Positions 8,514 through 17,978 are shown, counted from the stretch's first letter. The stretch: DNA of 57,189 nt from a bacterium (GCA_021811685.1 JAJZNT010000022.1:1-57189); one strand, 5' to 3'. Translations and numbers: made by a program. Notes: generated by a model from the sequence alone, not told the origin.

Positions 8514-8645
8514 ATAACCTCTTGTAAGCCTATCGGAAGCAAAGATATGTGGATTGCGGCATTGGCGTTGGAGCAAGATTATTTACTTGTAACACTTAAC
8601 TCAGATTTTAAGCAAACCCCAGACTTACTAATTGCCAAAATCTGA
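8514..8645 (+). pseudogene. C-terminal fragment of a VapC/PIN toxin
   Basis: Translates to ...GSKDMWIAALALEQDYLLVTLNSDFKQTPDLLIAKI*. This is the conserved PIN C-terminal third, with no N-terminal part upstream. Confidence 0.5.
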
Positions 8646-8739
8646 TCTAGTACCATTTTAAATACATTGCACTAAAAAAACCTATGGACAATAGTTGTTA
8701 TTATCAAAACGCTTATGCTATCCTAATAAAAAGATAAAC

Positions 8740-9549
8740 ATGGACAATCAACCTCAACAGCCACAGCCTATACAACCGGACAACAATGGCTATAATCCGG
8801 TAGAGCCGAGTCAACCCATTCCTCAAAACCCGCCTGTTGCTCCTCCGCAACCAACTGTCTACGGCCCGCCGCAACAGCAACCGGTACCGCAGCCGCAGAG
8901 CGACGGTATTGTAGTGGGGGGCAGTCCAGAAGTCTTAACTACCCCGGACCCAAATCGGCCGGTAGTTAATAACCAAGGTAAGAAGTCGAAAACCTGGCTG
9001 ATATTGGCGATTATTATAGTTGTACTACTCGCAGGCGGCGGCGGAGCGTACTATTTTCTAAAGCATAACTCAAATTCAGGTGGTTCTTCCGGATCGGTAG
9101 CTGATTGCGGTAAGGTTGTGGTAACCAATCAAACCCTTAATAAATCGCCTTACACGGGATGCTTTGATCAGCACTTTACCAGTTGTACGCCGGCACAAAT
9201 AACCATAGATAACCAGTCAAGCTTAGGCAAGGGGATGATTAACCAATATGACATAAAAGCAAAACAGGGCACTTCCTGCTTGGTTCAATGGGAATATGTA
9301 AGTCTTCCGTATAACACCAGTTGGGATGGGAAAACCATAACCTGCCCGTATAACAATTCTAAAGACTTTATGGCTGCGCTGTCTGCTAACTCGAACTTTA
9401 CCGGCTGCAGCGGCCCGCTATTAACTACTATGAATTCACCCCAAAGCGGTTCCGGTTCTTCCTCGTCAATTCCAGGAGGTACAACTACTCAATTAAACGG
9501 CGGAGGTAGTGTTACTACTGCCCCAGGAGTTACTGTACTATCTAATTAG
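8740..9549 (+). CDS. hypothetical membrane-anchored protein (Pro/Gln-rich N-terminus, one TM, Cys-containing ectodomain)
   Basis: PQQPQP repeats, the TM helix WLILAIIIVVLLAGGGGAYYF, then a domain with 7 Cys. No family recognised. Confidence 0.5.
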   Translation: MDNQPQQPQPIQPDNNGYNPVEPSQPIPQNPPVAPPQPTVYGPPQQQPVPQPQSDGIVVGGSPEVLTTPDPNRPVVNNQGKKSKTWLILAIIIVVLLAGGGGAYYFLKHNSNSGGSSGSVADCGKVVVTNQTLNKSPYTGCFDQHFTSCTPAQITIDNQSSLGKGMINQYDIKAKQGTSCLVQWEYVSLPYNTSWDGKTITCPYNNSKDFMAALSANSNFTGCSGPLLTTMNSPQSGSGSSSSIPGGTTTQLNGGGSVTTAPGVTVLSN

Positions 9550-9560
9550 TACTTAACGGC

Positions 9561-10466
9561 ATGGAAGAAAAAGATCGCCCGTCCCAGCCGCAAGTTTCTC
9601 CGCAGCCGCCTGAACAAATAAACGACAGCAGTTTTACATCGCCCAAAATAAATATTCCTAAGACATTCAGCAAATACCGCGAAATTAAAGGTATGATTTT
9701 CGGATTATGCCTGTTGGTTTTCGGCATAGGCTTTGCTGTTTATGTGCATGGGCGTACTCACAGCACCAAGGATTTACTAGTAATTTTAGGCGGTTTTGGG
9801 GGAGTAGGGCTAATAGTCTTGCTTATTTCGGTGATCAGCTATTTGCAGCTTAGAAAAAGCGCGGATAATAATCCGCAGTTTAATCAATTTCAAGCCTCAA
9901 CTGCCGTTAATTATGTAACTCCCAAAGGAATCGAGGCGGCTAAGGTTTATAACGACGAAAAGATTCTTGATTGGTTCGGTCCCGTAAACAGGTCTGACTT
10001 TAAAGGTCAAAGCTATGGGATCCTAGACAAAGAGGTAGATAAACAAACTGCAAATACTCTTCTGTTTACTAACAGACAAATCATTGCTCTAATGCTCGGG
10101 CCGGAAGATGCTGCCGCTTTAGGGCCGAGCAATAACGCCGCGGAAGGAATTACCAATATGGCCTTAGACTATGCTCCAGAGGCCGCTACCCAAAAAGGCT
10201 TTCAGTTTGAGGCTCTTAACGCCGGCAGATGGATAACCATGGTACAGCCGCTGTTAAGTCAGCCGATTGGCACAACTTTGTCGAACCATCTTAATATCGG
10301 TATTCCTTATGAGAATATTGACCATATTGAAGTTAAGAAATCCTTGATTAATCCCGGTCTCAAAATTTTCTTAAAAGATAATAGCAAATTGTCCTATGCT
10401 ACTTTTAAAAAGGATAGGTTAGACGAGATCAGTAACCTTATAAGGCAGTTCGTAGCTGTTAACTAA
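9561..10466 (+). CDS. hypothetical membrane protein (two TM helices)
   Basis: 301-aa ORF with two hydrophobic helices (IFGLCLLVFGIGFAVYV, LVILGGFGGVGLIVLLISVISYL). No family recognised. Confidence 0.45.
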   Translation: MEEKDRPSQPQVSPQPPEQINDSSFTSPKINIPKTFSKYREIKGMIFGLCLLVFGIGFAVYVHGRTHSTKDLLVILGGFGGVGLIVLLISVISYLQLRKSADNNPQFNQFQASTAVNYVTPKGIEAAKVYNDEKILDWFGPVNRSDFKGQSYGILDKEVDKQTANTLLFTNRQIIALMLGPEDAAALGPSNNAAEGITNMALDYAPEAATQKGFQFEALNAGRWITMVQPLLSQPIGTTLSNHLNIGIPYENIDHIEVKKSLINPGLKIFLKDNSKLSYATFKKDRLDEISNLIRQFVAVN

Positions 10467-10561
10467 AAGGCCTTAATTAGACTAAAGTCAGTACTTTTTG
10501 ACTTACCAAGATAAACCTGGTGCAATGATAACTATAGATACTTATTTAATCGGGAGACTTT

Positions 10562-11275
10562 ATGCAAAATACAATAGAGAGACAAACTCCGACAACAGAC
10601 ACCTTAAGACAAAAACCTAAAAGAAACTTATTAAGAGCTACTCGTATGGGGGTAGCTGTAACAGCTATGGCTATAGGCGGAGTAATGGGTGCGGCTAAGG
10701 CTGAAGCGTCAGCAAATATTACCCATGTAGACAGGGTTTTTCGTGTTCATAGCAGCTATACTCCCGCTGGTATCGATGAACAGATTCATCACATAATTAA
10801 ACCCTTCGATTTCTGGAAACCGTCACAAAAAAACTGGGTTCTTCCTATAGCTTATTTCCTCCAAGCTAGCTCAGCCGGATTCAGCACCGATTGTGGCATG
10901 AGCCCTATAGCTAGGGCAGGAGACAGGTATAGCCAAAGCTATTACATTATTACGCAGAGCGGTACTAGCCAAAAACCCTGCTCGAATCTAGAGGGAAGCA
11001 ATATATCCTCGTATAAGAATGAATTTCAACCCAAACTTAACTTAATAGGTCAAAGAATTCGTGAATCAGTTGGAGTGAGTCATAGTGATGAGACTATAAA
11101 CGTTAACGGAAATCGAGAAATGGCTGTAGCGGATTATATTTGCCCGCCGGCAAACTCTGTAACCGAAGTTGCAGGGAAAAAAGTTCCCTCGGATGATTTT
11201 GTGCGTGAGGTAATACTACGAACAAACCAAGTTTTTTCGAAAGGCTCGGAGGCAACAGTAAGTATGTGTGTTTAA
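10562..11275 (+). CDS. secreted/anchored 4-Cys protein, paralog A
   Basis: GGGAG SD. N-terminal hydrophobic segment AVTAMAIGGVMGAAKAEA. Collinear similarity to 11506..12246 (WVLP, TDCG, GNRE, C-terminal MC). Confidence 0.55.
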   Translation: MQNTIERQTPTTDTLRQKPKRNLLRATRMGVAVTAMAIGGVMGAAKAEASANITHVDRVFRVHSSYTPAGIDEQIHHIIKPFDFWKPSQKNWVLPIAYFLQASSAGFSTDCGMSPIARAGDRYSQSYYIITQSGTSQKPCSNLEGSNISSYKNEFQPKLNLIGQRIRESVGVSHSDETINVNGNREMAVADYICPPANSVTEVAGKKVPSDDFVREVILRTNQVFSKGSEATVSMCV

Positions 11276-11505
11276 CCCAATTATAAGCCGAGTTATAGAT
11301 GACGACTCAGATATAGCCCGTAGGTTATGAAAAACTATCTGTAGCCAGTAAAAGCTTTTCAAGCCCTTTGAGAGACTTTGATTTATCTAGTACGTATTAG
11401 GCCCATAAATGACTAATCACAAAAGTGCTAAGAAAGCTAGACAACTTGACATAAACCTGAAGCAATGATATCGTATTAAGTACTTAAACTTAATTGGGAG
11501 TTCTT

Positions 11506-12246
11506 ATGATAGATTCAATAGAAAAAATGACTCCAAGAGCTGAAGATTTAGGAAAGAAAAATAATCATAGAAGTCTTAAAGATAGAGTAAATATAATTAG
11601 TAGGATTGGTGCTACTAGTGCTGCTATGGTAGCTGGCGGAATGATTGGTGGTGCTAGAGCGGCTGCATCAAATAGTGAAGTGCATAATGGACGAATTCTT
11701 CATAGTCGCACAAGAATAACGCCGCGTGTTATCTTAGATGATATTTATCATGTTGCAGTACCTTACGGACACTATAAACAATCTAATAGGTTTTGGGTAT
11801 TGCCTACAACCGCCTTTCTTCAATCAAGCGTAGTTGGCTATCATACAGATTGTGGCGAAGGGCAATATGCCAAATTAGGTAATAGCGAAAGCCAGTGGTA
11901 CTACACTATTACTCCAAGTGGAACCAAGCAGAAGGTATGTACTCCAGGCATAAACGGTGGAGAGTTATTGAAGTCGCATAAAAATGAATACCAAGAACAA
12001 CTTAATATATTAGGACAAGAAGTTAGAGAATCTTCTGGGGTCCATAATAGCTATAAGACAATCAGCATATCAGGAAATCGTACAGAGACATTTTTAGAAT
12101 ACGAATGCCCAACTGGCTCTGTGGCTAAGGTCAGAGGCGCGGAGATACCGTCAACCGACTTCCCCCATAAAATTACACTTAGAGCTTCAGGTAAAGAAGT
12201 TATGGCGAAATTTGCGGTCTCCACAGTAGCTATGTGTAAGTCGTAG
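11506..12246 (+). CDS. secreted/anchored 4-Cys protein, paralog B
   Basis: Start chosen by analogy (GGGAGttcttATG versus GGGAGactttATG). Hydrophobic segment SAAMVAGGMIGGARAAAS. Conserved Cys positions as in paralog A. Confidence 0.55.
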   Translation: MIDSIEKMTPRAEDLGKKNNHRSLKDRVNIISRIGATSAAMVAGGMIGGARAAASNSEVHNGRILHSRTRITPRVILDDIYHVAVPYGHYKQSNRFWVLPTTAFLQSSVVGYHTDCGEGQYAKLGNSESQWYYTITPSGTKQKVCTPGINGGELLKSHKNEYQEQLNILGQEVRESSGVHNSYKTISISGNRTETFLEYECPTGSVAKVRGAEIPSTDFPHKITLRASGKEVMAKFAVSTVAMCKS

Positions 12247-12342
12247 TCGCCAGGCCCAAAATAAAAGTAACTATAATAGTTATGCACTTATAATTTCCGT
12301 AGTAGTATTGCCAATACTGAGCTAATGCTTATAATTTAGTAT

Positions 12343-12915
12343 GTGACAGACAAAAAAGTCGGTGATGGCGGGAATAATTTGACCGCCGAAGGCATAAAGT
12401 ACTCTAAATTTAATCTGTCAATTGGAAAAAAACTTCTTAACAGCAAAAGGGGTTTATTGCTCGCAGTAGCATACTTGTTTGTTGCGGTTGTTATTGCATT
12501 TATAGTTTTTAAACTTACTGAAACTAAAAAACCAGTTCCCACTTACGCTGACTTATTAACGAATGTTAATAAAGACACAAATATTGGACAGTTTTCGTCT
12601 GCATTGAAAACACTTAACGCCGCTCCCAGTACTGAGAAAAACGACCTCCTAAAAGTGTCGGTATACTTAAGCGAAGGCAATTATAAAAATGCATTGAATG
12701 AATACCAGCAAATTATGCGTAACTATGGATCCAGTGAAGGCCTTCTATATGGGGCGGCAAGGGCGGCAGAGAATGCTAAGAATTATCAAGTAGCTATAAA
12801 CTACTATAAACAGGCCCTTAATATAATGAGCCAGGCAAAAAACGATCCCTTGAAAAGCTCAGAGATAGCTTTCTATAATAGTAAAATCCAACAACTGGAA
12901 AAGCTAATAAAATGA
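12343..12915 (+). CDS. membrane-anchored TPR-like protein (paralog 1)
   Basis: GTG start. TM helix LLLAVAYLFVAVVIAFIVF, then helical repeats (GNYKNALNEYQQIMRNYG...KNYQVAINYYKQAL). The stop overlaps the start of the giant gene (ATGA). Confidence 0.5.
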   Translation: MTDKKVGDGGNNLTAEGIKYSKFNLSIGKKLLNSKRGLLLAVAYLFVAVVIAFIVFKLTETKKPVPTYADLLTNVNKDTNIGQFSSALKTLNAAPSTEKNDLLKVSVYLSEGNYKNALNEYQQIMRNYGSSEGLLYGAARAAENAKNYQVAINYYKQALNIMSQAKNDPLKSSEIAFYNSKIQQLEKLIK

Positions 12916-15900
12916 TTAAGTTGCAAGTAAAAAAGCATAAGATTATTTTTTCTTTAATTATCATATTGGGGGTATTCTCTCTATTTAATGTTTTTGGAAT
13001 GCACAAGGCTTCTGCTACCAGTTTACCCGACTTTGTAGGATATTTTTATGGCAATACAGCAACCTCAGGCAATAATGTTTTACCCGCACCAATTCCGTCT
13101 TCTGCGCAAACAAGCATACAAGCGTTTATCTCGTGGGTAGAAAGCGAATACAATAGTCCCCCTACTCCTCAGGATAAAACAGCCGCAGCATTCTACATCT
13201 TAACTATGATGGGTTATAACCCCGGCACTTCTAAAGGTATGGTTTTACAAGCTCCTTCTTCGTTCCCTAATGGGACAACCAACACCAATGGCGAGACTGT
13301 TATGACTGCGTGGGCTAACCTTGTGACTGCTTATGCTGCAGATGGGGCTGTAAATCTAACTTGGACTACCCCCACGGTAAGCTCTTCTACTTTTACGTGC
13401 CAGAATACTTTTTATCAGACTAGTTATAATGACATAGCCTACTTTAACGACTTAACTAACTGCAATAAAGAGGTGTTAGGTCAGCCAGCAATAGCTTTTT
13501 TCAACCCTACCAATAAAAGCCAACCAATATACGTAATAAGAGTACTTTGCGGTAACCCAAACGGTATCATTGACCCCTTACCAAATCCACCTCCTACAAC
13601 CATACCTATATCCGGGTATGTAAAGGGCCCCACTACAAGTTCTCCTACTACTCCGGTAGCGTGGCCTGGCGCACAAATCTACGCCGTCGATTGTGCGACT
13701 GGTGCCCCGCTCTTACCGGCAGCAACGACAGATGCCAATGGCGAGTATCATTTTAGTCTTACCGAAGGCACTAATTATTGTATAGGTGTTCAATCTTTAC
13801 TACCAGCGGACTGGTTTTATCCGGGGCCAAATTTGAATAGTAGTATACCAAATAATGGGTCGGAGTATACATTAAAACCATTTAATGGCACGCCGACATC
13901 GGGATATAATTTTACATATACTTCTTCAACGAATCCCATACCTCAGCCCGGACAAGTAAAAATTCAAGGACTGGTTAGTGAAACTAACGGGTCAGGACCG
14001 ATGTATGGAGTAACTGTTGTGCTAACTAATTGCGGCACAAATATTATACAAAAAACGACAACTACCACTAGCACAACTTATAACTACTCCTTTAATCTAA
14101 CGACCGGAAACAATTATTGCATCGGGATTCAGACACCGCTACCATCCCAATACAGCAACGATTCTGGCCCCCAATTAAACACTACTGGCCTCCCGGTATG
14201 CGGAGTACAGTATTGCCTAAAGCCATTTACTGGCACAACGCCTACTACTGGTTACCATTTTTATTACCTAGCCCCGTCTTCTACGACTAATACGCCAAGT
14301 ATAACTATTACTGGGACACAGTGCCCTTCTTCCGGAGTAGGTACTATTAATTACAAGGTCTATGTTCCTCAAAATTATGTAACTATAAAAATTGCTCCAA
14401 ACGGTACCCCAAATCCACAATATAAACCTTCGCAGTACGCTACAGGCCCAGGGGGGTATTATACGGGAACCTATTCTGTTTCCAATCCAACTTCTACTAC
14501 TTTTGCGCTTACAGTCCAGTACCAGAATATTCAAGCCTCAGTTTCGACCACTTTCGCTTGCCCGCCATTGTCCCCGCCTGGAGGTAGCATAAATGGAGCC
14601 TGCGGCAGCAGTATTACCGGCACATTTAACACTAGCTCACCGCAAGTTCCCTCGCCATCAGACACAATTACCTTTACTGCTACATATAACAGTTCTGGGG
14701 CAAGCGGTCAGACTTCTGAAGGAGCGACAGTAACACCGACAGGGGGAAGAACGGACGTGCTAACGGGTACGGATCAATTCTCTCAGACGACACCGTATAA
14801 TGGAGGGTCATATGTGCAGACAAGTACATACACATATGTAATTACAAAATACAACGGAAGTACTACGTCGACCGTAAACGGCCAAACGGTTACTACCTAT
14901 AGTTATACAAGCTATGATTACCAGGAAGAGTTTACGCAGTGGAGCTTTACAGCACCAAATCCTTCCTCTCCGATAGTGCAGTTTAGTATCAGTTCGGTTT
15001 CTATGCGTGATTCATATGGGAATACGGGTTCATTTAGTGCCTGTGACCCTAACGCTCCAGCACTTTATGGGCTTCAGCCATCATGTCAGGCTACTAATGT
15101 TTCTTACACCGAGTATGATACCGATTACTCTCCTGGGGACCCTTATGTAACATACTCGGTCGATGGCGGTGCAAGTAATCCGGCGGGGCAGCAGTCGGCA
15201 GACATGAGTAAGTATGATCAATTAGTGGCCCACAATGTTGAGGTTGCCGTTCAAGACGTTAACTATGCCGGGGCTCCTGCCCCAAGCGGGTACGGCTGGC
15301 CTAATCAAACCGCAAGTACTGTTTATGGTCCTTGCTGGGCTCCGAATTGTAGTGCTTCCAATGTGCAAGTATCTGGGGTAATTGAGTTTGGACAACCCGC
15401 AGCTGTTACCGTGAATGTTGGCTTTGTCCCAATAGGTAACGACAACATGGGGGATGCATCGCGTTCAGGACTTGGGTCTCCGACTATTTGGAATAGTCCG
15501 GAGACGTCACCAACATTGAGCGTAGGACTTGATCCTCCAAATGACCCACCTGTTATATTTACTAATCAGCAGGCTGCTGGAGGTAATCCAGCTAACTTTA
15601 CAAACCTACCTTCAGAAAGCTATACCGTTACTTGGACTTTCAATTCACCGGCTATGGCAGACCAGGGTTTGACTCCTACCCCAATTGGCACTACCATTTC
15701 AGCTTCATGCTCTGCCCCTACTTTTGTAGTAGCCTATAAACCTTACCTTAGGGTTTACGGTGGGGATATTAGTGGTGGTAACGGCATCGACTTAACCAAT
15801 ACAGGGACGTGTACTCCGAATACTCCATCTAGTAGCGTAATCGCATATAATGATCCTAACTTGGGTTATTCCGGAGCGGGTTCTCAATATGCCGCATATG

Positions 15901-17414
15901 CAATAACGCATATTACTGATTTTGCTACGGGGGATGGTTCGTCTGGAGGACCGTCCTTAGGTTCTCCGACTGACCTGTCTTTTGCAAACACGGGAGCATC
16001 CCCGACTAATGATAACTTTGGTGGAGGATATCAAGGCAATTTGCCGTGTATACCAAATTACTACACTGCTCCAGTTGCGTCAGGAACAACTCTGTTTACC
16101 TGCCCATCAGCAATTACGATTTCGAACGGTAACTTGCCAGGTACCTGCACAACAAGCACTGGGATTAGCGGGGCTAAACTTAGATCAATACCTTCAGGGC
16201 AGCGGGTTGTGGTTAAAGTTGACGGAAGTGTCACTATTAATTCACCATCAGGGCCTGGGTATAATACGTCAAGCCCTTGGGGCACACTTCAAAACGGAAC
16301 CGGTACACCTAACACAGCACCGCTTACGACTAGCGTAGCGGCTCAGCAATTTACTTGTTCGGGTACGAACGGCAATAATCAGGTATATAGTATAGCTTCG
16401 GGCGCAACTTCAGTTACGGTTACCGCAATAGGCGGGCAAGGCGGTGGTAGCGGACCTTTTGGTAGCCAAGTATCTAATACCATAAATGTAACTCCAGGCA
16501 TGAAGAATCTAACTGTAGATGTTGGATGCCCGGGTAGCTCACCAGGTGGTGGTAGCGGCTATGTTAGTGGCGCTAGTGGTACGACGACGGCAGGGTACTG
16601 GGAGCCATATTCATCAGGCCAAATGGGTTGTTTCGAGTGGACCTATGTTCCGCCTTCTCCAACTAATCCTGATGGCGGATATACTTGGCCTTGCCTTGAC
16701 TGGCAGTTAGATCAGGGGGTGATATGGGTACCCGGTACGACCGGATACGGAGGAGGAGGATCTTCGGCCGTTCTTAACAACAATAGTCTTATGCTGGAAG
16801 CCAAAGGCGGTGCTGGTAGTGGCACCACAGGAGGTGCTGGCGGCGGAGCCAACTATACAGGAACAAGTGCTTCTGGGTATTCTTCTTCGGTAGAGCAAAC
16901 GGCAACCCAGTCAGGGCTTGTGAGTATTAGTTCAAATGTGCCATTTAATGCCGGCTCAGCTATAGGCTCGCAGCCTCCAGCTACCACGCAATCCGTTAGC
17001 GTAAATGTTCCGTCACTATACATAATAGCCAAAGGAAACATTTATATTGGCCACAATGTATCTACTATGACTGGTGTATACGTAGCTGAGGGCAGTAGTG
17101 ATCTAGGAAACGGTATTATATACACATGCTACGATCCAAGCCATATAAACTCTCCTAATTCCCAGAACTATTACAACTATTGCAACAAGCAGTTAGTCGT
17201 AAACGGGTCATTTATTGCGGGGAGAGTAGCTATGGGCAGAACTTACGGCACGGCAGACCAGGGGACTGCGGGCGATACAGCCGCTAACCCGCAAAATGGC
17301 TGGAATAATGCTGCTGAAGTGTTTAATTACACCGCTGCCCAATGGCTTAATAATCCTTTTGCCAAAACAACAAATACCTATGACGCGATTTCTAACTTGC
17401 CGCCGGTTTTATGA
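12912..17414 (+). CDS. giant (1500 aa) Thr/Ser/Asn/Gly/Pro-rich surface protein, adhesin-like
   Basis: N-terminal signal/anchor IIFSLIIILGVFSLFNVFG. Two tandem modules of about 100 aa, of the DANGEYHF...GTNYCIG type (Cna-B/carboxypeptidase-regulatory-like). A Gly-rich module (GGQGGGSG...GGAGGGANY). A C-terminal beta-helix-like region. Confidence 0.7.
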   Translation: MIKLQVKKHKIIFSLIIILGVFSLFNVFGMHKASATSLPDFVGYFYGNTATSGNNVLPAPIPSSAQTSIQAFISWVESEYNSPPTPQDKTAAAFYILTMMGYNPGTSKGMVLQAPSSFPNGTTNTNGETVMTAWANLVTAYAADGAVNLTWTTPTVSSSTFTCQNTFYQTSYNDIAYFNDLTNCNKEVLGQPAIAFFNPTNKSQPIYVIRVLCGNPNGIIDPLPNPPPTTIPISGYVKGPTTSSPTTPVAWPGAQIYAVDCATGAPLLPAATTDANGEYHFSLTEGTNYCIGVQSLLPADWFYPGPNLNSSIPNNGSEYTLKPFNGTPTSGYNFTYTSSTNPIPQPGQVKIQGLVSETNGSGPMYGVTVVLTNCGTNIIQKTTTTTSTTYNYSFNLTTGNNYCIGIQTPLPSQYSNDSGPQLNTTGLPVCGVQYCLKPFTGTTPTTGYHFYYLAPSSTTNTPSITITGTQCPSSGVGTINYKVYVPQNYVTIKIAPNGTPNPQYKPSQYATGPGGYYTGTYSVSNPTSTTFALTVQYQNIQASVSTTFACPPLSPPGGSINGACGSSITGTFNTSSPQVPSPSDTITFTATYNSSGASGQTSEGATVTPTGGRTDVLTGTDQFSQTTPYNGGSYVQTSTYTYVITKYNGSTTSTVNGQTVTTYSYTSYDYQEEFTQWSFTAPNPSSPIVQFSISSVSMRDSYGNTGSFSACDPNAPALYGLQPSCQATNVSYTEYDTDYSPGDPYVTYSVDGGASNPAGQQSADMSKYDQLVAHNVEVAVQDVNYAGAPAPSGYGWPNQTASTVYGPCWAPNCSASNVQVSGVIEFGQPAAVTVNVGFVPIGNDNMGDASRSGLGSPTIWNSPETSPTLSVGLDPPNDPPVIFTNQQAAGGNPANFTNLPSESYTVTWTFNSPAMADQGLTPTPIGTTISASCSAPTFVVAYKPYLRVYGGDISGGNGIDLTNTGTCTPNTPSSSVIAYNDPNLGYSGAGSQYAAYAITHITDFATGDGSSGGPSLGSPTDLSFANTGASPTNDNFGGGYQGNLPCIPNYYTAPVASGTTLFTCPSAITISNGNLPGTCTTSTGISGAKLRSIPSGQRVVVKVDGSVTINSPSGPGYNTSSPWGTLQNGTGTPNTAPLTTSVAAQQFTCSGTNGNNQVYSIASGATSVTVTAIGGQGGGSGPFGSQVSNTINVTPGMKNLTVDVGCPGSSPGGGSGYVSGASGTTTAGYWEPYSSGQMGCFEWTYVPPSPTNPDGGYTWPCLDWQLDQGVIWVPGTTGYGGGGSSAVLNNNSLMLEAKGGAGSGTTGGAGGGANYTGTSASGYSSSVEQTATQSGLVSISSNVPFNAGSAIGSQPPATTQSVSVNVPSLYIIAKGNIYIGHNVSTMTGVYVAEGSSDLGNGIIYTCYDPSHINSPNSQNYYNYCNKQLVVNGSFIAGRVAMGRTYGTADQGTAGDTAANPQNGWNNAAEVFNYTAAQWLNNPFAKTTNTYDAISNLPPVL

Positions 17415-17495
17415 GCGGAATGAAGCAAAAAGTTACTTGTCATGATGCTTACGGTTCACTATACTTTAGACAAATGGAACCTTTAGGGTAGGATT

Positions 17496-17978
17496 ATGGC
17501 AGAGGTTACTGCGACAACTATTACAGATCCGAAACGAATATGGACGTGGTTAGTTACTGCTGTCATTTTGTCTGCAGGCGTTTCGGCGGTCATAACTTAC
17601 TCCCTGGCGCATAATCATAATAGTAATGTCAGTAAAACCCCAACACTATCTGTGACAAATCAGGTAGATCAAGACTTATCAGATAACAATGCTCAAGCAG
17701 CCATGAGCCTATTTAATAATCAGCCCGCGTCTTTCCGTAACTCGCAACCTGGACAGGAGCTACTGTCATCAATTTATATGAACCAAAAGAATTATTCTCA
17801 GGCTTTAGCTGTAGTAAGGCAAATTGGAGTTAAGTACGGATGGAATTATTTCCTTACTCTTCAGGCTGTTCAAATTTCGATGTCTATGAAGAATTACCAA
17901 TCCGCTATTCAGTATGATCAACAAACTATAAGCTTAATAAACACCGAAATTAGCAGGTTAAATAGTACCGCTAAATAA
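17496..17978 (+). CDS. membrane-anchored TPR-like protein (paralog 2)
   Basis: TM helix WTWLVTAVILSAGVSAVITY, then KNYSQALAVVRQIGVKYG...KNYQSAIQYDQQ, collinear with 12343..12915. Confidence 0.5.
   Translation: MAEVTATTITDPKRIWTWLVTAVILSAGVSAVITYSLAHNHNSNVSKTPTLSVTNQVDQDLSDNNAQAAMSLFNNQPASFRNSQPGQELLSSIYMNQKNYSQALAVVRQIGVKYGWNYFLTLQAVQISMSMKNYQSAIQYDQQTISLINTEISRLNSTAK

Noticed and set aside
267-17041. Many antisense or out-of-frame track ORFs nested in longer genes
   Set aside because: Examples are 267..449, 316..573, 647..856, 708..1010, 1537..1848, 2324..2686, and 14268..14534 through 16853..17041. They are shadow ORFs inside confidently assigned genes, with low-complexity or Ser/Arg/Leu-rich translations typical of wrong-frame reading.
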